Shown: positions 25,715 through 46,457 of the stretch, piece by piece
Layout: each line of letters starts with the position of its first letter
Numbering within the stretch: position 1 is the stretch's first letter
Source of the DNA: Phoronis australis
Taxonomy: Eukaryota; Animalia; Phoronida
Length of the DNA stretch: 64,000 nucleotides
Assembly: GCA_002633005.1 (NCBI GenBank)
Contig: NMRA01000270.1
Coordinates: 1-64,000, forward strand
Direction of reading: 5' to 3'
Notes under the pieces: generated by a model
Database searches by the model: none
What the model saw: the letters and a program-made list of their open reading frames with translations, nothing else
Told to the model about the DNA's origin: nothing
Program-made: the position numbers and the translations under genes

Positions 25715-26339
25715 TGGCCTGTGCCTGTGGTACTGGTGAGCAAACCTGTGGTTGGCTGCAAACCCAGCCATTGTTCACAACACGAGCTTCATATACGGCG
25801 GAAGCTTTTCGGCGAATTATGGCTCACAACATCAAAGTCATGTTGCTACACGTACCTTTTTCGCATAGAGGTACACCTTAAAAAGACGTCAGATGTCTTA
25901 GAGTTCCTAATAACTTGAACAAATACTCCCGTAGTCAAACTTTATTCAAGTAGTCCTTCGTTTAGTTGCCCAAATCTATCCTGTAGTGTATGCCAGAGAT
26001 TTTGTGTAACCCTGGAAAAACTATCAAAGTCAAGTTACTCCCAACAATTGTGCAGAGTTAGTTAAGTAATGATATCTGGCTAGTGAGCTCACTTGATTTT
26101 TCTAAATAAGGTTAGTCAGGAACCTGTGAATGTGTTTTAGCTTTCACGGAGTCGATTGCGCTATGGTAGCTGGAATGAGGCTGGCTTCTTTGTAGCCGTG
26201 GTGCAAACCTGTATATTTCGATTTGATTAACTTGGTCATTGGTGCAAAGACTATGCCATTATGTAGGTGTTATTTGAATGCCAAGTAAATCCAGTTGTCA
26301 AGTTTAAGCTGATAATGATTTTATTTTATTTCAGACACC

Positions 26340-34099
<7,760 letters not shown>

Positions 34100-35434
34100 A
34101 GACCTGTCCACAGGCGGCGCTCAACGTGTGCATTGAGCAAGCAATGTCTTGTTTGTCATATTGATACTTAGTGTACTCGGATCTGTTGTTCATTTGTAAT
34201 AAACCAGTATTGCATTGTAAGGTTCAGGCATTTTTAGAGACAGCTGACACAGTGATCTGGATATTATATTTTAATTGGAGCAACAGGATTTTATGTTGTT
34301 TACTATTGCATTTTGTAAAATGTTGATGTTTTTATCTTGTAACTCAATTGTCATGTGAATTGTTGGAAAATAAACTCATTTGTTCTCAGTCGTTGACAAT
34401 TTTTTCATTATGATCTGCTTTTACAAGTCACTTACTTCATACAATATACCTGATTTAAAAGAGGCAATCTGGTGTACTGAACAACATCAATGTTAAGTTG
34501 ACTTCGGTATGGTACACGAAACTGCATCAAGAATTAGTTTTTTTGAGCATTGTGATGAAAGTTGTTCATTTGTTGCCAAACATTATTCCCTTATGAACTA
34601 GAGACCACATTGCAGGTTTTGTGGTGGTAACGTAACACTCAGAGATATGGGTAATATTACTTTTGCATGTAGGTTGTTCCATAAGCAGGCATTATTTATA
34701 CTTCGAGCTGAGTCTTGCAAGCCGACTTGAATTATAAGTCTATTCACAAGACAAAATACAATCTGTGAGGGGTGTCTCCTCTCACGTTTGTGTTGTTGCG
34801 AGACGCTGGACTATTACAATGCTGTCTACATGACACGTTATTAATTATTAAGCACGGGTTGCATACTGAATAGGTTGATCAATATTTACTGAGAGTATAC
34901 CTGATGCAAGTATTGATTTTCAGATTTGCAAACTGCCCTTTTACTTGACAGGCCCATGCAATAGCCGTTTAGGGTGCATATTAAATGGAAGATTTCGGAG
35001 ACTAGAAACTTCCCAACATAGCTTGCCGTTAAATCATTTTGTCGTAATGTCTTCACCTTTATGTATTCTGATCAAATAATCAAAAAATATGTCCAGCAGC
35101 AGCAGCCTAACTTGTCTTACGGATAAACCAAAGTGTACAAATGAAAAAGAATTCAGTAGTAGAACACAAGCTTTATATTTTCATAAAACATTAACAGGTA
35201 ACTGAGACGCTCGAGCAACATTGATGATTTCACAGGTACGTTCCATGATTTTCTAGACAATATAAATATAAAATATGATGGCCAAAAATGAAACAGGGCT
35301 AAAGTATAAATATCTGCGACAACAACGTCACTCCTTGCTTGTCCTGTTAAATCTACTAAATCGTCTTCACTTGTATTTACAAAATGTACAGTTGTAAAGC
35401 AGGTCAGAGTTCCTGTTACATTGAACAGTCCTGT

Positions 35435-37742
35435 CTAGTTGAGACAACACGATTCGTAAGTAGGTATCATGTATTTGATGTTGATAAAGGCATCCTCTCC
35501 ACCTTTTTTCTCAAATGCTTCTAATGTTTCCTGGATAAGATCTCCGACATTTTCTCGCCTCTGTTGGCTGTAGTCGATGTGGTCTCCGCAGTTCACTGAA
35601 AACACGAAAACATAAAGATGAGACCAGAGAAAACTGATAGCAAGCAAATGGCAATGTTCACTAAAATTAGTTCAAAACTTATGTGTTCACACTGAAGAAC
35701 ATACTTTGGCAATAATTTAAAATTTCCAGTTCAAAATATTGGTATTCATAGTACAATGCAAGGAGAAAAGCACAGAAATTTTTGATATTGGTTTTGTTTG
35801 TGAATTGAGACAGAGGTACATTATTTGTAGCTGCTCACTTATTCAAACAAAAGCATAAAACCTTCGACGAAATTGATGCGGGTGAGTGTTTTTTTTTTGA
35901 TGAATTAGTGAGTCCAGGTTTCAAAATGAGTTGAGAGGCACAGACCAGAACCAACTACATGTATGTTTTTTAGCCCAATGGAAAGAACTTGTTCTGAAGC
36001 TAACATTGAATTATGTAATACCCACCCCTTCGGTGTTCTTTTGGAAATGACCTGGGAAAATTTTATTTCAAAACATCCACATTTAAATTAGGGCTTTGAT
36101 GATATGTATCTTGATGAAGGTTTCAGAGTCTTGACAACAGTTCTGATCAACCAATGTAATATCTTTTGAAAATAAAAAAGGAGAAATACTGACATCTTGT
36201 CCATATTTTTCCACATTTTTCAGGCACACAAAAATCCCAAGAGCTCCCAAAGCTTTTTCTTGATGGGGTGTGTTTTGTTAATCCCTTAAAATTGCCTTCT
36301 TTATAATAATATAATATATGATGTACTTACAATTTTTAGACTTGAACAAGTTGAGCATTGGTAAAATTTGCCTGTAGTATGGAACCAGTGCCTCTCCGAC
36401 CACGTCTTGGGAAGCAATAAGGTGCTGGAGAATTTTTAATGTTGTGCACATAACCTTGTCATCACGCGTACCGAGGGCGGCTGAAATAGGATAAAACATG
36501 CAATGATCTTGATATACACAGAGATATGTACACGGCAAATATTATAACACATACATTTTAAAAATCAACATTTATATAACCATAGTAATACCAAGAAAAG
36601 AAACAGGCTGGCACCATAGCAACATAACACCAGCAGAGAAGACCACGTAAACTTACAAAATTTTCTAGTTAGTATTTGTGTTTATACTTATAGTTGCTTA
36701 GTCTGAACTGGGCCAGTACAGGTGGTGGTACTATCTAATATTGTTCTAATTTGTACACGTCCTTTGGTGTAATTCTGCATCACGTCTAATATACCATAAC
36801 CTGCATACTGAAGTACAATACAATGAAATAAACAATTTAAAATCTAACAAAGCAGCAAAAGGGATGTGATCCACTCACCTTTGATGGGAATAACTAGTTG
36901 CGGAATGACGGGTAAGATTTTGTTTCCACCATGTTCCAGCATGTCGTGTATTCCCTGTCGTGCGAAGAACTCGTAAGGGTGTGTTGTTTCACGTAAGCCA
37001 TTGAAAAATAGGGGCAGGTAGTGATGATAGTCTAGCTTTTCAATCTCAACTTTCCAAGCAATCTTGTTGCCTTTAGTGTCGTGTTCAATTGCAATGGGAA
37101 AGTCGCCTCTTTCATAGTGTTTCCTGAAGTTAGTGGGAGGCGACGTCTTTGCCTTGAAAGCTCCCGAAGAGGGAGGCTTCTCAACCTGCAAATAATGTAG
37201 TTTATTAGCGTCACGACATTGACAAAGAAAACTTATAAGCTTAATTCGAAGTAATCAATTCTGTTACAGGGTAGTTCTGTTGTTTATCGATTAGAATCTT
37301 AAGATTATCTTACATTGCTGAGCCAAGACGCCTGTTAGGTTACCAAACGTACTTCCCAAGAAATTTTCGACGGTAGGTAGAAAACAAGTAGGTCCAGAAG
37401 GTTAATTGCTAAACTAGATTCTGCGAAGTCTACAAATTAGTACAAGGAAACAAGATTGCCGTGTAAGTCTCCAGAGTCTTGATAGTAATAATAGGTAAGT
37501 TTAACTAATGCTTAAAATGGGGCAATAGGTAAAAGACTTCGTCATGTTTTACCATGGTAATGAATGGCACTCTCAACAGTGAGCACTGCCATATGCCACA
37601 TAGCCTACTTAGCGAGTTCCAGTGGACTGAAATTTCGCAAATAATCAACGAAATTTCTTCCAGTGAATCACGAAGAAAGACTATAAACACAAACCTTATA
37701 GTTTTTCTGGAGGGACTTTGATGTAAACGCTGCACTCGACAT
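35435..37742 (-). CDS. PACRG: Parkin coregulated gene protein (axonemal inner-junction protein), 221 aa, 4 exons
   Basis: Exons (minus) 37742-37695 ([16 protein letters not shown]), 37185-36879 (..[42 protein letters not shown]..), 36480-36331 (..[13 protein letters not shown]..), 35595-35435 (..[22 protein letters not shown]); phases are consistent. Confidence 0.97.
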
Positions 37743-38020
37743 GATTCTTTGATTCCAAAACGCAAGTGCGTCTTCCCTTTGACAAATTACTTCACGAACT
37801 GAATCAGAGTTACGACTCAGCAAACAGAAATACCAGTAAACAGTTTGTTGTCAAGCAACAGCCACTGGTACCCGGATGTGTTTGGTATGTTACCAAAACA
37901 TTCGGGAAATGTCGGAACACTACGGTAACTTACGTTTATTTCCGTTTCAAAATGGCCGCCTCCATGAAAGTGTAACGCATTTTCTCTTTGGAAACTATCC
38001 TTGAAGAACCGTATATTGAA
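37743..38020. promoter_or_regulatory. Compact bidirectional promoter between PACRG and MRPS15
   Basis: 278 bp between divergent start codons; RFX X-box-like GTTGTCAAGCAAC (37847-37859) and YY1-like CAAAATGGCCGCC (37948-37960). Confidence 0.75.
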
Positions 38021-41000
38021 ATGTTGCGGCATTTGGCAAAATCTGTTTCTGTTTTTGAAGGGCTGAGAGATAAATGTTTTTCAGAAGTTCAAGTTAGTTA
38101 TTTCTGCAAGCTCCTTCATCTTTCTAAACAAACACCGCACCTGGTCCTGGGTCTGGAAAATACTTCATTGTCCATTTCAGGCAAAGGTAATTATGTTTAC
38201 CTGTAAATGTCTGGTTTAACGACGTAGACTTATATTTACCAGAGTTTCACTGTTTTGTGAGTGATTGTGACTGTTGTAATTTAAGCGCGTGTTTGGTGTG
38301 TACTGTCTGCAAAGCAAATGCACTGATTTCACGAAATAAACGGAACAATTGTGAATCAAAGTTAATGAATCCAGGAAAGCTCTTAGTAATGTAACATTTG
38401 GAAGTCAACGTGAACTTTGAAACGAATTTAGGAAGAATTATTGTCTGAATTTGATGCCTGTGGTGGCGACTTGGTGGCAGCTTAAAATTTTCCCAGGTCA
38501 CCAAACAATCTGAGGTCGCCCAATCTAACTGCACTCTCATAAACTGCTTGACATTGTAATATATAAGAGCTATCCAGTCTGGGCACCGAGCACTGACTAA
38601 AATTATCGAGACAACTAAAAATACAATTCAGATTGTTAATTACTAGGACAGGTATTGATGCTTAATGTTCGTTTAGTGAAGATACAACCATGAATATAAA
38701 CAAATGGTACCATCTATTCCAAGCAATATGCCTTGAATTCCACTGCTCACTCACAGAAAGACACTTCCAGTATCGAAACTATCTAATTTAATATTTGAGC
38801 AATCAGCATTTCCAGTCTGTTGTGTCATACATCTTGTTATTTGCACTTGCATGAAAGACTGTTGTACGCTGGACTGAATTATACATTTCATGTTTTCTGC
38901 TCCTAAATAATCTTCCTTATATGTTGTAACTTTGGTCTTTGACCTTTGATCTTTTCAGCCCCAGCAGCTGTGTCAGTTCACAAAAGATGGAAGGGCTACA
39001 GGCCTGGACCCAAGATGCCACCAACAAAGCCTAACTTTGATTATTCAGGTGTGAATGATTTTATCAGCTCTCGTAACACCATCAAATCTTTAATAGTCAG
39101 TTGCATGTCTCAGTTTTGACATCCACCTTTTCATTCAGCTGTATACTGGGCTTTAGTTTCCTTCATTCCTTGTCACTCAGATCACCTGATATCAATTTAA
39201 TTCCACAGTGCAGTAACAATCATCTAAGCAGTGACAGTGTACTATAAATTACAACTCAATTTATAACACTTGATTAGTGTATTGCCTTGAATGATATTCG
39301 GAGTTCAGGGGTCAGATCCAAGAAAAGTGACTTAAGCTAAGTCAAATCTTAAATTTCTGTCAGTTGTAAGATAAAACTTTAATTTGTCTCTCAATTCCAT
39401 TCCAAGAAAGTGATCGTAAGATTGACTTGAGTTTTTTACTTAAGTTTTGTCTTTAGTTTGACTACCGTAACTTTCCGGATGTTGAAGTTTCAAATTTTGG
39501 AATTTGAGACAAATCTTAGACCTAAGTAAAAAATGAACTTAAGTCAGTTTCTTGGAACGGGTCCCAGAATTCTTTAGGTTTTCAAGTGTTTAAAAGTCGA
39601 CATGGTTAAAGCTTGCCTACCTGAAAACAATCTGATTGAGTCACATGTTCCTATGTCAGTCTTTAAGTTCTGCAATCACTAGATGTTTAACATTACAACA
39701 CACGCATAGATTACAGTCCTTGTAGTTGCATTTGCAGGGCGGGTCCATTCAAGATCAATCAGCTTTACACCAACATGGCCAGAAAATAACTAGGAAATAA
39801 ATAGTATATATTACCACTGCTGGCTATGTAGAAAATGACACATTTTGGTTAAAAATTTTAGAGTACGTATGAATTAGTCATGAAAAACCTGTGTTGAAAG
39901 AGCAGGTCACAAGTGTTTACCGCACACTGACTCTGTTTCGTCTTATGGGCTTCCTACCATGTGTTACAATCACTGTCTCTGCTTATGTCCTGCTAGCTGC
40001 TGTCACTGTTTTGTTCACTGTTTATTTCTTTTCCACCACATTCATTTTACCAATGGCCAGAGCATGAGACGTGATCTTGAAATATAGCTACTATTTTAAC
40101 TTGTTCTCTAGCAATGTCTATTTGCAATTTGCTTTACAAGTGCACACCGGAATATCGGAAATTGTACAGAATATGAGTGAGCTGTCCAACAGAAAGTACA
40201 GTCGTGCCAACCAAATTTTTATATATAATATACGTGCTTGTGTGAGTGTGTGTGTTCATGCGTGCGTGTTTGTAAAATGTATACCAACTTCAAACACATT
40301 GTTAAAATGCTGTTCTGTGATGTGTGAGCTGGACAATTACCATTTCACTTCTTGTTTTGTTTTAATATGTTGCGATAATATTGTCAAATTTGGCATGTCA
40401 TTCAGGTGACCTTGAGACGGTGCTGCCACCTGTTGACCTAAATACTCCCAGGCTGGAGTACAAAGACTGTCAAGAATTGGATGCGTGAGTTTTGTTTTCG
40501 TTTAAAACACAGCTTGTGCTGTCAGTATCACGTTTTGTCAAGTGGAAATGGACACATCTGATTTGAAAAAAGCATTTTCGTGATGTTGGCATTTAGAATA
40601 TCATTGTATTCTCAGTCATTATTATTATGCGCCCACATATTTATATGTGGACGCATTATGCCGTCATCTCCGTCCGTCCGTCCGGGCGGCGTCCGTCCGG
40701 CGTCTGGCGTCCGGCGTCCGCTGCTCTATCTCCAAAACCCTTTGACATACGTTTATGAAATTTGGAACATATGTTCCATTCATGAATGGGACGGCATGTG
40801 CGAACTTTCGGACGGATCCGACTACTGGTGTGCCCCCTAGTGGCAATTTTAGTTTTTTACGCTTACCTTTGTATCTTCAAAAGTCCTGAACGGATTTTCA
40901 TGAAATTTGGTATGTAGGCACCTAGTAGTGAGATGACGCTATCCTGCCGTTTTCAGTTGGATTCGACATAGTTTACGCCACCTAGTGGCCATTTTTAGTG

Positions 41001-44000
41001 TTTTCGAGTCTGTTTTTGTGCGTCCACCCCTCTATCAACCAAACCGCTCAAAGGATGATTGTGAAAATTGGCATGTATATGCTTACTATGTAGAGGACGG
41101 TTGACGATGATTTTCCGACGATTTCGACTACTGTGGCGCCTCCTAGTGGCAGTTTTGTTTTGTCTTTTCGCCTATGGCTGTATCTCCTAAACCGTTCGCA
41201 GGATCTTTACGAAATTGTGTGAATATATTTATATGATGTTAACAACTTTGTGTTACTTCGGGACTGAAAGAAAAGTTCCAAGTAGAAATTTGTTTCTCAT
41301 TTTGGCATTCTAATGCTGTGCTAATCTCGTATGTTGGTAAATTTGTTTTTAATTCTATGTTTCTGTGGTGCTTTAAGCAACTGATGTATAGGATGTGCTT
41401 GTATTGTGAAGATCACTCACATTTTGCCCCTAGCCTTTTGAGGAGACAATGACCATGCCTTTCCATTTTGCAAAGTACAACANNNNNNNNNNNNNNNNNN
41501 NNNNNNNNNNNNNNNNNNNNNNNNNNNNNNNNNNNNNNNNNNNNNNNNNNNNNNNNNNNNNNNNNNNNNNNNNNNNNNNNNNNNNNNNNNNNNNNNNNNN
41601 NNNNNNNNNNNNNNNNNNNNNNNNNNNNNNNNNNNNNNNNNNNNNNNNNNNNNNNNNNNNNNNNNNNNNNNNNNNNNNNNNNNNNNNNNNNNNNNNNNNN
41701 NNNNNNNNNNNNNNNNNNNNNNNNNNNNNNNNNNNNNNNNNNNNNNNNNNNNNNNNNNNNNNNNNNNNNNNNNNNNNNNNNNNNNNNNNNNNNNNNNNNN
41801 NNNNNNNNNNNNNNNNNNNNNNNNNNNNNNNNNNNNNNNNNNNNNNNNNNNNNNNNNNNNNNNNNNNNNNNNNNNNNNNNNNNNNNNNNNNNNNNNNNNN
41901 NNNNNNNNNNNNNNNNNNNNNNNNNNNNNNNNNNNNNNNNNNNNNNNNNNNNNNNNNNNNNNNNNNNNNNNNNNNNNNNNNNNNNNNNNNNNNNNNNNNN
42001 NNNNNNNNNNNNNNNNNNNNNNNNNNNNNNNNNNNNNNNNNNNNNNNNNNNNNNNNNNNNNNNNNNNNNNNNNNNNNNNNNNNNNNNNNNNNNNNNNNNN
42101 NNNNNNNNNNNNNNNNNNNNNNNNNNNNNNNNNNNNNNNNNNNNNNNNNNNNNNNNNNNNNNNNNNNNNNNNNNNNNNNNNNNNNNNNNNNNNNNNNNNN
42201 NNNNNNNNNNNNNNNNNNNNNNNNNNNNNNNNNNNNNNNNNNNNNNNNNNNNNNNNNNNNNNNNNNNNNNNNNNNNNAAGTTCCAAGTAGAAATTTGTTT
42301 CTGGCATTCTAATGCTGTGCTAATCTCGTATGTTGGTAAATTTGTTTTTAATTCTATGTTTCTGTGGTGCTTTAAGCAACTGGTGTATAGGATGTGCTTG
42401 TATTATGAAGATTACTCACATTTTGCCCCTAGCCTATTGAGGAGACAAGCACCATGCCTTTCCATTTTGCAAAGTACAACATACTACATATATGCCCTCT
42501 ACTGGCCACTTTATGGTACCAATAAACAACCCTAGAAGGATACCGTATACGGTGCAATTGTGGGCGCATTTCAACGCTCTGCGTTGCTCTTGTTTGTGTA
42601 TTGAAACCTTGTATTTCTTTTTCTGGCGTAAAGCACACGTTTGTCATCCTTGTGTGTCCTTCATCAAATAGCTTTAAACTGTCAATTTTCATTCTGTTAA
42701 AAGTAAATATTTTTAAATCCTTGATGATTGGAAAATATCCCATTTCTTAAGATGTCGCAAAATTGTTTGTAATCGTGTGAGTGCCATTTTTTGTGAAAAT
42801 AGACACTGTTCTCTCAATCATAGACGTTTAAGTGTCTAAAATTTCATGGGATTTTATGGATGCTCTAATTAAGGGAAATCAATGTTCAAAACTACCAAAG
42901 CATTGAAAATCAAAAGGTCTGAAAATCAAATCACTAAGAACCAGTGGACGTGGCATGAAGGTAATGCATTTAAAGAATTGTTATGAGTAGTCAATGAAAA
43001 ATGTATACATAACTTTTATAAGATGTGAATATTCTTAAAAATGAATTTCAGCCAAAGTTGACGATTACATTTAACTACATTGTGCGCTAAGAATTACTTT
43101 TAGCATTTAAAGAATCTCTTAATCTTTTCAGAGCTGATGAAATTACCAAACGAGTGTTGAGTTTGAAGTTTGCTCCGTCTGTAAGTTCTTTCATCCATGT
43201 ACTGGCCACTGTGGTCTTCAAATCATCTTTCAATAGTTGGATGGATGTTGAAATGAGCACCCCAGGGCACTTAAAAATCTTTACCCAAAAGTTGGGTATG
43301 GGTGTTAAAATGTGCAGGAGGCATTTATGTGGCAGAATAGGGTAACTGATTTCTTTTGCTGTATCTCTGGCATCTCTTGAAGGATCTTTCTGAAGTTGGG
43401 TATGCGAATAGATTTCATCAAGTGATATTTGAGATACGCCTTCCATTTCTCTCTCAGACTTACTATTCTTGAAATAGTCGAGGTTTACTAATCAGATGAC
43501 GTTTTATTGTCTAAGTCATCAATACACTTTTGTTGGACTGCCATACTTGCACTACAGGTGGTATTGTTCCTCTAATTGATACCAAATTTACACATTTTGT
43601 GGGTCTCGCGAAATGCTTGAAATCTGTTGTTTTTGGGGTGAAATCGGATGTAGGATGGCACTGTGACAGACATCTTTCAAGTGATTGCTTTTGCCACTCA
43701 TGCTGCGCAACCCCTTAGAGGGAACCTTCTGAAACACGTACATGTAGATAGATCGTCTGAAACGTTATCTGGAATGTGTCATCACTTTATTACTACGACT
43801 TAACATTCTCAAATTATTCAAGATTTTCTGATATGATGACTGCTCTGTTATCGACTCATTCCTAAAGGCACTCATTGTACGTTGGTGGTGTCACAGGCCC
43901 TGGCATCATGGAGGATTATAAAAAAATAATTGCAGGCGGTCTGATACATGTTGTACCAGACGTGCGCAGGCCTCACATGTGGGCCCATTGCACTGATTAC

Positions 44001-46457
44001 CTGGAAATATTTTTATGCTTTATTAATATATCGTTAAAACCGAGCTGAGGAGCTAGAAACCTGGCTTAAGGGTTTGGGAGTGTGACCTGGTGGGACTCGA
44101 ACCCACGACCCCGAGTAAAGAAAGTGGGCACTTGTCAACCAGGTCACACTGCCTCCTCTTCGTGGAGGATTAGGTCTTCACTGTCATTTTTATCTTGATT
44201 TGCAGGCCGAAGTTCTCAAGTTCAGACTTGATGAGATGATAAAGAAGGTACAGAAACATGAGCTGGATTTTTCATCAAGACAAGTTATAAGTAAGACTTC
44301 TTCATCATTTGATAGCTATGCTAAAGAACAATTATTTGTTTTAACCATTTTAGATGACATGTTGTCATACTTGGCTTCTAGGGATTTAGTTATTTGTCGA
44401 AATTAACGCTAAATGCAGTATATCAAAACCTAATGTTTTCAATCATAATTGGACACAAGATGGCTCCTTGGCTCCCATGTTACATTTTCTTCGCTTTGTG
44501 ACGGCTCAGGAAATTTGGTATAAGTTTATTGTTTTCCCCGAGGTGTTCCAATTCCTCACTTCAATACTTGAGTTTTTTTTTTTGACGACTTATCTTATTC
44601 ATACTATCAATCCCTGCAGCGTACTAACATTGTCCAAAGTCCCATTTTTGTCTGTGAAATGACTGTGTACGCTGCTGTGTGTTTCTGACTGGATTTATCT
44701 TACTTTCATTGCCCGTGTGGTGGTGGGGACAAACTTTTAAGTATTTCTAACGACTGAAGTGCGATGTATTACATTCACAGTTTACTAGCAATGTTTACTA
44801 GTCACATTGCATTTAATAATTTGAACGCTGCTGCTGTATGCAAGAGACACTTCAGGATTCGTTTCAAATGTCGCATGGCCTCAAGTCTATGGGTCTGTTT
44901 TGAGGACTAATGACTCACATTAGTTTTTCTAATCCTTATTTGATTCTAAGTTTTGGGAGCAATATCTTTCACCTGTGTGGTTTTGTCTTCCATCTCAGTA
45001 CATGCTACTTCAGGTGACAGATTCTTAACACTAAACACTGCGTTTCAACTTAATCCTGAAATACCTGACCCTACTCTAGAGTCAAATCAGTATTTTTGTT
45101 ATGCGCTAAACTGACAGCATTGTGTATTATTACCGTGACAAGACAAAAATGAGACATGATTGACAACACAATTTTAATGCAGCAGCTGGCCCGAGTTAAG
45201 TAATTTCCATATGTAAATTTGATGGACCAATGACGATTGGGGTGCTTATTCTGACGTTATTCCTGTGTTCTTTCAGTTGTATCCTGAATCATTTACATTA
45301 ATTTCTTTCTGCTTTACAGTTGCCAGGAAAACTGTAGAAATACGGAATGCTATGCGACACTGCATGGATTTTCCTCAAGTAAGTTTTAGTTCCAATACAG
45401 AGCAGATACATTGATAACACCAAAATGCGAGACCAACAGAGATTGGTCAATTCTTAACCAATCACATAGCATCTTTCCATTCAAGGAAACTTTTAATTCA
45501 CTTGATGTGACTTAAAAATTTCTGTTCAAGTCGCATTAAGTATAATTTGATAGTCGCATGTATGAGGCTGTTCAATATGTTTAGGTCATTGGCAGTTCAT
45601 TGCCTTGTGCATGTGTTGTTATGTAAATTTATACAGAAATACATTACCTTTCATGTGCCCAAATAATGTACGTGATTATGACGTCTTTGTATTGGCGTCT
45701 GCTGCTGTATCTCCTAAATCCCTTGTAGGATCTTCGTAAGATTTGGCGTCTGTGTTTCTATGAAGCTGGTGACACAGGGCAACAAGTTGCGGACTGACTC
45801 GACTATTGCTTTGCTCCCAGTTGCAATTTTGTTTTTCGTTGTTTGTATCCACCAAATTTCTCAACAGATTTTTTGAAATTCACAAATATGTTCCTATTGC
45901 GCCCCCTATTGGCCTCTATCCACCAAACTGATCAAAGGATCATTTTATGAAATTTGGCAGATGTACATGGGTGCATATCCACACTCTGCATTGCTCTTGT
46001 TTTCACCATTTGCTATTTCTTGAATTTGGTATCTTTTTAGGATAAAGTCAGCAAATCAAAACTCATAAACAAGATTCAAAAACGAAGAAAGCAAATCAAA
46101 CTTTTGAGAAATGAAGACTACCCGCTGTACAAGAAGCTGACTCAGTTTCTGAACATTGATTACGTGCCTGTATACAGGCACAGGAAGCCGACCAAGCGAG
46201 AGAGACGTGTCAACGAAGTGGTCGAGAAGGCACAGGCGTTGAGACAACAGAAGATGGAAGAACTACGCATAGCGCTACAGGAGGAACGAAAATCGTTTGA
46301 CTTGGAGAAGGACTTGTTGTTAAAAGAGATCGATGAGGAACTTCGTGCTATAGCAATGGAGGAAGAACAGATGATGGATGAACTAGAAGAATATTTGGTG
46401 TCGACACCATTAGTGAATAAACCTCACGTTAGTGACAAGTTAAAGGACATTCAGTAG
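38021..46457 (+). CDS. MRPS15: Mitochondrial ribosomal protein S15 (uS15m), ~314 aa, 7 exons
   Basis: Exons 38021-38186, 38959-39048, 40406-40484, 43132-43180, 44206-44290, 45320-45378, 46041-46457 join in phase. Presequence-like MLRHLAKSV.., then SGDLETVLPPVDLNTPRLEY, ADEITKRVLSLKFA, KKVQKHELDFSSRQVIIARKTVEIRN, DKVSKSKLINKIQKRRKQIKLLRNEDYPLYKKLTQFLNIDY (S15 domain), and a coiled-coil tail. Confidence 0.9.
39309..39564. mobile_element. Harbinger-like MITE
   Basis: Imperfect TIR ..TCCAAGAAA..TGACTTAAG / CTTAAGTCA..TTTCTTGGA.., flanked by CAG on both sides. Confidence 0.6.
40622..42592 (+). mobile_element. Second HINE copy in MRPS15 intron 3 (spans the N gap)
   Basis: Near-identical 5' hairpin (40627), GTCC tract, about one core unit, and 3' subTIR/hairpin (42559-42592). 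Confidence 0.88.
41483..42277. other. Assembly gap
   Basis: Run of N; the HINE 3' segment is repeated on both sides. Confidence 1.
44085..44150 (-). mobile_element. tRNA-derived SINE-like head
   Basis: The minus strand contains GGTCGTGGGTTCGAGTCCCACCAGGTC (B box/T-arm-like) without a complete cloverleaf. Confidence 0.45.
45674..45999 (+). mobile_element. Short degenerate relative of the HINE family
   Basis: CTGTATCTCC..GGATCTT..TTTGG block, GCGCCCCCTATTGGCC motif at 45899, and 3' end TGGGTGCAT..TTGCTCTTG. Confidence 0.55.

Noticed and set aside
41417-42535. Long ORFs of 287-355 aa, and the duplicated HINE 3' segment on both sides of the gap
   Set aside because: N-gap artefacts; the duplication most likely reflects unmerged contig ends.
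43087-43880. Antisense ORF (119 aa) and other coding-like frames over MRPS15 exon 4/intron 4
   Set aside because: No recognisable homology, several stops, and no coherent splice model.
44085-44150. Possible tRNA gene
   Set aside because: Only a B-box/T-arm-like part is present and no full cloverleaf forms, so it is treated as SINE-derived.
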